A stretch of DNA of 60,149 bases, the filler included, from Basidioascus undulatus (Eukaryota): the NCBI GenBank assembly GCA_000826855.1. It is 5 parts of 5 records of this genome, joined end to end, with 100 filler letters (N's around TTAATTAATTAA, not from the genome) between each part and the next. Parts side by side here need not be neighbours in the genome. Positions count along the whole stretch, not along the records: positions 48,222 to 60,149 come from JTLS01000969.1; 4 more parts are not named here. The stretch is one strand, 5' to 3'. The notes under the pieces are model-generated. The model was not told where the DNA came from. It worked only from the letters and a program-made list of their open reading frames with translations, and ran no database searches. Numbering within the stretch: position 1 is the stretch's first letter; every line of letters starts with the position of its first letter. Shown piece after piece: positions 51,701-60,149 of the stretch. The position numbers and the translations under genes were made by a program.

Positions 51701-54700
51701 CTTCGGCGAGCTGTAAACGAAGTCTGCACGTTAGACAGGCGGTGGAGCAAAGGGCATGAGGAGGCCGAGTATTCACTAAGCCGGGGTAAAGCTCGAGGTT
51801 GTCCTATGTGGTTGTTGGGAGGGAGTAAAAATTACATTGAATCAGGACTAGTACGCATCGTGGAGACAAATTCGAAATATCCGACGTACCGGGTGAACGT
51901 AAAGTGCCTCAGCAGCAGCCGCGATCTCGGGGTCCGAGTTCCACTCTTTGAACGTCGAGAAAGGCTTGAGGTTCAAGAACTGCAAAGGTGGTTGGCGCGG
52001 TATCAAATCCGGCCTGACAGGAGGGGAGAAATGGACATTGTCCTCACCTTCCTGAACTCGTTCATCGTGCAGACGCCCCAGATGTCGCTGCGGACGCGGC
52101 AGTCAGATGACAGTGAAACTGCTGGAATCCGACCGTGCCATCTTACCGCGCCTGGATCATACCCAAAACCTCAATGATTTTGAAGGCCGCCGGAGATCCA
52201 CGAGCTTTGAAAGCGCCTGCAGGCTCGTCGGTCGCCTTTTTGAGGATTTCAGCGAGAGCCGCATCGTCATAGCGCCCGTCAGGGTCGCGCTTGAGGCCGT
52301 CTGCGCGGGGTAAGGTGGACGTGAGCGGGCGTTGATGATGTCCCACACAGGTGACAAAACGGCGACATAGTTGGCCAGGAGTTCACGACTTACGGATTTC
52401 CCAGTCCTTGGGCTCTTTGCCCGTGAGTGCCGATTCGGCATTGTTGACAAGCTCAAAGAACTCTCGAGGGGTGATGGTCGTGAGATCGCGCTCTCCGCTG
52501 AAGAGAGAAACAAATAAGTGTCGTGAGATGGGTCAAGGGGATGAGCAGAGGAGCAAAGATGCTCACAGCGCCTTCCTGTACGACGCGAAAGACAGACGGT
52601 CAGCACATCGTGCGCCTTTGAACCTGAACAGACTGTCGCACTTGAACAGATTCTGAGTCCACTGATCGTCGGCCTCCGAAAGCGCAGCGTGCCAACGGTA
52701 AAGCACGTTGAATTCAACTGCTACAGGGTGAGTTCGTGCTTGGACATTTTGAGAGTGAGAAAGACGAACCGGAAACGCAGTTGCCCTAATAATGGTAAGA
52801 ATGGAAGAATGCGGGATGAGTACAGGAGCACCTGACCACCGAGGATCAGGGTACTGACCGTCCCGCGCTCCAGCTTGTCGCCCGTACGCGACTTGATCTC
52901 CGCCCCAAGGTCTAGGTTCCACTCCGAGTCGGCGCGGACGGTGTTGAGGATGACCTGCACGAGACACGCAAATCAGTGTGCGAGTTCTTACTACGACATG
53001 AAATGGCGGAACGACTGCACGAACATTCACGTAGTCCCGAAGCACGACTGTACGACAAAAACGTGATGAGTTTCAGCGATGAGTAGTTCGGAATCACGCT
53101 TGGAGGAAGGTGCGGCTCACCTGCCGCGAAGAACCCGACGTTGATGTTGCGCGAGAGCTGGAAGATGTCTTCGTCCTGCCACTTCTTCTGCTCGTCGGTG
53201 AGCTTGGAGAGGTCAGACTTGTATTTGCCCTTCTCGTTGCTTTCAAGGTCAAGGGGGGACGGAATGAGCACTGAGCGCGGACGTCCCCATACACGAGAGG
53301 AGGTGCCTACATCGCAAGGAGCCTCAAAGCGATCCAGTTGTGCTGAGGGAAGGAATGAAGCGGCGATGCAGCCATAAGAGTCTGCAGGGGAAAAGCGGAA
53401 GCAGTGTATCGGCTGGCTCACGTTGCGCGAGAACAGAACAAGCAGAGCCTAGAAGGAAACACGTCCGTCCGTGAGTATGCTGATCGTTGTAGGTAAGATG
53501 TAGAGCGATTTGGCTGCGTACCGACACGGCAGGTGGCATCATCATGATTCGAGACGACGAAATAACGTCGGGCCAGAGCGTCCCGTTCTTGAACGTGCGG
53601 ACCTTGGCCTGCTCGGCGGCGTTGTTGCCGTAGAGGGTCGACAAGTCGACATACGAGGTGGTGTCGTTGATCCAGTGGTTCTGGAAAGGCAGCGACAGAA
53701 GGGCAGTCAACATTCACCTTTCAGACCTGTAGTGGCAGTGAGCGGCTCACCTCGCGGTTGGTCTGGAAGCATTCGTGGATGACAAGCGTGGCGAACGCGA
53801 AGAAGAGGCTGGAGATGCCGCTGGGGTGGGGAACGAACTTGTCCCTCTGGGTTTCCACAAGGAAGTGTGTTTCAGCGTTAGAGCCACTTTACACGCAAGA
53901 TCGCTGGATAAGCAGCGAGGTGAGCTCTGACCTTCAGAAGAGCATCGAAGACAAGGCCGGGGTCGGGAAGATTGGGAGCCCTGTGAACGGTAGGGGAGAA
54001 TAGATCAGTTCAGTCCTCGAATAAGTAGCGACCGAGAGCATGGCAGCCGGAGGCCGGCAGTCGCACGTACCTCGGCGTAGTGGAAGTCACGCTGCGGCTG
54101 TACGGCGTGCCCGCCTTGCCAAGGTCAGGAAGCAGGCAGTTGTTTCCGCTGCCGTCCGCCGCGCGATAATTGTTCTGGGGGCCGAGGTAGCTGGTAGGGG
54201 GGTGGGGCAGATCGCGCCAGAGAACCTGCGTTTGCGTTGGGACCGAAAGGGGAATGGACGCGGCGAGAACAGTTCAGAGTTGTTCGAGAGCAAGGATCTG
54301 GGGACTTCGACTTCCTCCAAGAAAAGAAAGCGAGCAACTCACCCCGATAAAGGCGTCCGAAAGGGTCTTGCTGAGCTCCGAATTCTGTTGCGGCGTGCTA
54401 GGCATCAGTACGCCGATCTCACCTTGCGCCCCTCAGGGAACGGCACTCACCTCCGGTAGGTTCTGTAGGAGCGTAACGCCATGCTCGAGCAAGAGCTCCC
54501 TGTCGTTGATGGGCTCACCGCTCGCCATAGTCGACATGCCTTGGAGAATGGCGTGTGCGTCCGCGCCCAGCTTGCCCCTCTTAGCCTGGGACATGAAATC
54601 GTTGAGGAAGGACGAGCGCGCCTTCGCAGCCGTAGGAGCGGCCGCTTCCTGGTCGGTCAGGCCGTCGGGGGCGTCGGCGGGCTTTGCTCTCATCGTCCTG

Positions 54701-54849
54701 GTGATCTGTGGGAGGCAGGATGATCAGCTATGAGTTGGTGTGCCGCATGAGATACGAGATGGGTCGGCAGGTCGAAGTTCGTTTGAACGCTGGCCAGGAA
54801 CCCCAGAAGAACGGACACTCACCGTGCCAATCTTAGAGAAGAGTGACAT
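48717..54849 (-). CDS. Fatty-acid heme dioxygenase-cytochrome P450 fusion (Ppo / linoleate diol synthase family), highly intron-split
   Basis: Dioxygenase part: RELLLEHGVTLLQ, LPHPP, FAFATLVIHECFQT (distal His), TSYVDLSTLYG, VEFNVLYRWH (catalytic Tyr and proximal His), CTMNEFR, LELYPGL, DAVALVRGDRF. P450 part: YVDIVRDV, AGNITQ and heme motif LGHGMHYCLG. Ends YDTE*. Confidence 0.92.
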
Positions 54850-56447
54850 GCTGGCTTTGGGAAGGCGAGAGAATGGGTAACTGAGAGAGTGTGATGGAGT
54901 AAGAGAGAACAATGGGCAGATCTTGGTGGAGACGGTCGCGCTGCGAGTGGTGGATGAGGTGCGTAACAAAGGGACACAACGTACAAACTAGCTGGCTCGA
55001 AGCTGATTGAGACGGTCTCCATTCAGAACGTACGTCGGGGACAATCCGAGCCGCTTCCACTTGCGTTAAAAATGCTGGTGCGGTACTTCCACACCTACTG
55101 CGCCCCTGCGACTTTCATCGATGGCATCGCTGCCTGTTCCCCTTCTCAAATCAAACGCCTCAGATTTCCCTCAAAGGTTGGCAAGGAGGTAGATCTAGTC
55201 TGGATCCGAAACCAATTAAGCGGCTGTGCTTTGCCTGTGCATGAAGCCATTGAATATTCATCAGCGGTGGTTGGTTGAGCGCTCCTCCCGGTCCCTTCTG
55301 TTGGCGCAAGAGGTGTTGACGCTCAGTGACATTGAATAATATCGGTGCGGCATGCGAGCCCCACATGTTTTAGCCTCCGCTAGCTCGTCTATGCAATGCA
55401 CGTAGCACTCGCCGAGCACAAACCTTACAATTAATTTTGGCCAACCCTGGCCAACCTTCTTCAAGCTGGCAACTTAATTCACTTTCTTTGTGGCCCAGCC
55501 AGGGCCGTACTGCATTCTGCGTCTCCCGCTCAACTGGCTCAACAGAGTATTGCATCTCTCAGATGTCTATTCATATGTGCTGTGTTCACATGAAATAGGA
55601 ATAAATATTCCCAAGTCACTCTTTGGCATCGGCAGTCGGAGGTAAATGACGCAGCGATACCGACACGGCCTTTGACTGCCTGTATAAACGTCTGACTTGT
55701 CGTGCTTTGTGCCTGTGGCACGATCAGAGTGGACCTGAGAACTTTATTACCCAAACTTACTCGGACGCAGACAGCGACGATCCGAGTAACTACAATCAAC
55801 GGTGCATCCCGGACCGCTGCACGTGGCTCGCGCACATCAGAATGTGCTCCAACTTCCGCAGCCTTTGTCGTGGGTAGTCCGAAGCATAATGGAAAATGAA
55901 AGGTCTGAGTTTGTTGCACCAATAGGTGTGAAGCAGAGACCGCATCGTGAGGAGCGGGAAGCTGGCAGCCTCATCCAGGGAGATTTGACCATTGAAGCCC
56001 CGATGGCGGCCTTTCGGAATCTGTTGTATAGCTCATTTACCGACCCACTCTGCACAAATGCACAATTCGGAACTGAGAGAGGTCTGCACATGTTCACCTC
56101 CGGCTGAGTCTATGGAGTCACTGTGAAGACGTGCAAAAAGTGCGAGACGGAAGAAGGCGGACCGTGGCTTTACGTTCCCTGCGCGGAGTGCACGCTAGGT
56201 TAAATGGTCCACATTGATGAGGTACATCAAGCCGCCTGTCGTGTTTCATCATATGCCTGCCCTGCAGAGAAGAACGACCAACGACATTGAACATACCGCT
56301 GTGTGGGTGCATCCGCCGCGTCTTGCATGGCTTTTCCCGTTCGACTCATCACTGATACCCTCTACACCGGAGGGTACCCTTGACTCAGATAATTTTACAC
56401 CCTTACTATCAAAATACTCTCAGCTTACTAGCTTACACATCGATCAA

Positions 56448-58911
56448 ATGGACCATCTTCAAGTCCCCTCCTCCCGCCCAGCCAGCCCGCACCCAGCAAG
56501 CCCGCGCCCGTCAAGCCCGCGCCCGGCCAGCACCGCCACCACCGCCCTGCCCGAACCGCTCTCGAACGGGATTGAAGGTGTACAGATATTCGTTCACGAT
56601 GGACCTCACTATCTTCCGGAAAGCGTGCCAGCTGTGATCCAAGCAGCGAGGCACGGGGATAACGACCGCTCGAGAACGCTGGTGCTTTGCTTCGATGGCA
56701 CCGGCGATCAGTTCGACTCGGATGTGAGTACGATGCGGTTGTTTTATTCTCTAGAGCACCGCGATGGGCCGAGATAATCTACCAGACACGTATGAGAACA
56801 ATGGGCAGAGTGATGCTGACTCGCAGCACCCTCGTTTCGCAGAACTCGAACGTCGTCAAATTTTTCGAATGCCTCAAGTAAGAGGCACCCGATTCTTTCT
56901 TCCAGCAGCTTGTGATGACTGAAGCCGAGATTGCATTGACAACGAACTCTCAGAAAGGACGATCGCAACAAGCAGCTGGTCTACTACCAGGTTCGCTACA
57001 CGACCTTCTCGAGTTCTCGCTGAAAGCTCGACCATGATACTCGCGAGTTCGGTCTTGCTGACTGGAATCCCTTAAGGCTGGGCTGGGAACTTATACGACT
57101 AAGGCCTCGGTCAACCCCATCGTGATCGGCACGGCGAGAGCGCTCGATATTGCGTTCGGGTCGGGGCTCGCGCAGCACGTTAGAGGTGAATGCCCACCAA
57201 CTTCCTCTGACTTCCCAGCAGGAGCGCTGACTCTGGTTGCTGGCGCTTGCTTAACACAGATGGATACGAGTTCCTCATGCAGAATTGTGGGCGAACATGC
57301 TTTATTTGCTTCTGCCCTTGCTGCCGACAGGCGTTACTTACTGTCTCTGCCCTCACCGCTGCGCTTTCGAAGATACGCACGGCGACAAAATCTGCCTCTT
57401 CGGCTTCTCGCGGGGCGCCTACACCGCTCGGGCTCTAGCTGGCATGCTCCACAAGGTGGGCCTCTACCATCTCACTCCTAGAAAGTCACAACAACCTCGC
57501 AATGCTCATGGTCCTCCCCCTGTACCTGTCTTTATTCCGCCTACCGCAGGTCGGTCTGCTCCCGGCCTGCAACCACCAGCAGGTTCCCTTCGCGTATAGG
57601 ATGTACAAACAAGATACCAGGGAAGGATGGGAGATGAGCAGCCTCTTCAAGAAGTCGTTCTCCATCGACGTCAGCATTCACTTCATCGGCGTCTGGTAAG
57701 CTCCTGCTGGATACGCGAGCAACTGGCGAGGTAGCTAACCGCCCCCCTCACATTCGGCACTTTCGAAATACAGGGATAGTGTCAGCTCGGTCGGCTTCAT
57801 TCCGCGCGAGCTCCCGTTCCACAAGTCCAACAACGCCGTCCGATACTTTCGCCACGCCGTCGCCCTGGACGAGCGTCGCGCCAAGTTCAAAGCGGGGCAC
57901 TGGACCCGACAGCAAGATGCGGAGATCAGGACGGGCTGGCTCCTACGGCGCAAGACCGCGGTGGACGTGACGGCCGGCAGAGGCCATGTCAACGACGAGA
58001 GCGAGGACGCCGAGCAGAACGACGACGACGACTCGATGGCGAACGCCGCGGCCTTCGACCAGCGGGAGGGTACCGCGCACAAGAAGACGAATGTGAAGGA
58101 GGTTTGGTTCGCCGGGGCTCACTGCGGTGCGTTAGTCTGTTTTCTTTGGGTCGGATGACCATCCGGCTAACCGTCGTCTCGAGGGGATAGACGTAGGCGG
58201 CGGTGCGGTCAAGAACGGCACTCGCCACGCCCTCGCCCGCATTCCGTTCCGCTGGATGGTCCGCCAAGCGTTCAAGTGCAACACGGGCATCCTCTTCCAT
58301 TCCGAAGCCCTGGCCGATATGGGCCTCGACATCCACGGCCTCTACCCCGTCCTTCGTCAGCGTCCCGACCCCATCACTGCGCCGCCGCCGCCGTTGCCCC
58401 ACCATCTGCAAGACCCTACCGACGGCGTGACGGCGGCGCGTCTTCCGGAGGAGCTCGAGGACTATTTCGATGCGATCTCGCCTGTCAATGATATGCTTAA
58501 GATTTCAAAGAGCTGGTCAGTCCCGTGGTGCGTGTTCGCTTGAGATCGGCACTGACGACCGTTTGTCTAAAGGTGGATTCTGGAGGTGTGGCCGATCAAG
58601 TGAGTTTCCCCACGTCCAGTTCGTGCCGTTCTAACTCTGGAGACCTGCCCACAATCAGGGAGTGGTACCTCACCGAGAAGGAGGTCTGGAGGGAGAAGCT
58701 CTCGTAAGTCATACCTTCAATACCCCCCTATTGATTCAGCGCCGTCCTAACGTCTCGCTCTCCACCGTTCAGGGTGAACCTCGGTCGCCACCGGGCCATT
58801 ATCGACAAGGCTCCCGAGGTGCACCGGACCGTTCAGCTTAGGCAGGAGAAGCTCGATTACACGGTCCGGGCCCGGATGCTCAACTCGGCGGAGTACAAGA
58901 TCGTCGCTTGA
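56448..58911 (+). CDS. DUF2235 / Tle1-like alpha/beta hydrolase (putative phospholipase)
   Basis: RTLVLCFDGTG..SNVVK, YYQAGLGT, GDKICLFGFSRGAYTARALAGML (GxSxG), FIGVWDSVSSVG (Asp), RHAVALDERR and EVWFAGAHCDVGGG (His). Confidence 0.92.
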
Positions 58912-59302
58912 GAGTCCCGCCCGACCCTCGGCTTTCCCACTTTTCTTGCCCTTTATACCGACGTCCATAGAATTTCTTCTTTGGCCCTTTGAGTAGAATC
59001 TACTGGCTAATACTCGTTCTCATATTTGGAATGTTCGTATAATTTCAACTTTCATGCGTGCATCTGGGCATCCCACGCAGTCGGTGTGTCGCATGGAAGA
59101 ACTCGTTTCCACAATAATGCCTGATCGTGCTGTGAGTAACTGATTTTGGGCCTGTAGATGTCCCTTCAGTTTTCAGATCGTCTCGAGACACACAAGGTGC
59201 AGACCCGCGCGAACAAGCTCTACCGGGTCTCCCATCGCTGCTCCTTATAAACACGGACTGCTGCGTACTTCGTGATACAATCTCCAGCTGACGGGTTCTA
59301 AT

Positions 59303-60149
59303 CTACGTGTATGCTCCTTCCTTGTCCACCTCCCTGACGATCAGGTCCATGCGATAGCCTTGCGACTCCCTGCCCCGCACTTGCGGGCGCATCACGATGC
59401 CGGCCTTGCGCTTGACTCGTGGGGCAGCATTGGGCGCGGAGAACTCGAACGAGCGCAGGAGAGTGAACAGAATCGCCTTAAGCTAGGCGATTGCAAAGCG
59501 GAAGCCAATGCAGGCGCGTGGTCTGGTTTCCTCGAAAGGATCAGCGCGATGGTGGGACATGCTAAGGAAATACAGAGAGACGCAGACGCTCAGCCCATAC
59601 GCCGTAGCTCAGCTTCTCAGTCTGCCCGCCCGTCTCGTCCCACCGTTCTGGGCGGAACGCGTTGGCGTCCTCGCCCCAGATCTCGCGCGACCGGGTCAGG
59701 CACAGAATCGGCACGAAGATTTTTTGATTCGCGTCGATCGGGATTGCGGGCAAGGGGGCGCGGCTGGTGCGGGAGCGAACGGGCCGCGAAAAGGGATGGA
59801 CTAAGAGAACGAGGAAGGTGAGTTTGGGCGCTAGCAGACAGGTGGACAGAAGAGGACACACGTCCGCATTGGTGGCGCTCCTATTCATATTGGTGATGGA
59901 GGGTTTAACCTTAATGGTTCTCTGCACACCTGCATCAATATTCACAGGTTAGCGCTTTTATGTCTGACCGCAAGTAGCGTAAGACGCGCCTTGCCGAAGT
60001 GCGGCAGCGCATTGAGCTTGTCCAGGCTGATGTTTCCCTCGGCGTCTACCTCCGCCGCGCGTAGCTCGGCACGCAGCTTGTCCTGTAGGCGCGGGTTGGC
60101 CGCAAGCGCGTAGAGCGCCCATGTCAGTCGCGGACGTCTCGTTCCCGGT
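59303..60149 (-). pseudogene. Cytochrome P450, 3' part, apparently disabled
   Basis: TWALYALA..P..QDKLRAE, ExxR (REPLR), FRPERW and PRACIGFRFA are present. There is an in-frame TAG at 59483-59485 where Glu is usual, and the FxxG segment before the heme Cys cannot be reconstructed. Confidence 0.75.

Noticed and set aside
56474..56530. 15-bp quasi-repeats encoding RPASP/HPASP/RPSSP
   Set aside because: This is an ordinary low-complexity disordered N-terminus of the DUF2235 protein, not a spacer array.

Overview
This is intron-rich, GC-rich fungal DNA (basidiomycete-type gene structure: GTGCGT/GTGAGT donors, CTGAC/CTAAC branch points, many micro-exons). It is not one locus. Five contigs of descending length (11964, 11963, 11958, 11936 and 11928 bp) are joined by identical 100-bp N-TTAATTAATTAA-N linkers, so synteny holds only within a contig. 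Contig 1: O-GlcNAc transferase (3' part), secreted intradiol dioxygenase, AA9 LPMO, RING E3 ligase with a CaaX end. Contig 2: mitochondrial adenylate kinase, tRNA-Lys(CTT), SCAMP, glutaminyl cyclase, Pfs2/WDR33, and the 5' end of a probable Puf/Jsn1 gene. Contig 3: histidine acid phosphatase, LSm2 (with a GC-AG intron), a His/Cys-tailed orphan, an F-box/LRR gene and a membrane protein. Contig 4: Shr3 3' end, decayed F-box genes, a DPBB/expansin-like protein and a PX-PH-RhoGAP. Contig 5: a fatty-acid dioxygenase-P450 fusion (Ppo/LDS) divergent from a DUF2235/Tle1-like lipase, followed by a broken P450. Contig 5 is the best candidate for an undescribed system (an oxylipin module), but that rests on gene neighbourhood inference only. 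All gene models were spliced by eye and family calls come from recognised motifs, not database searches.
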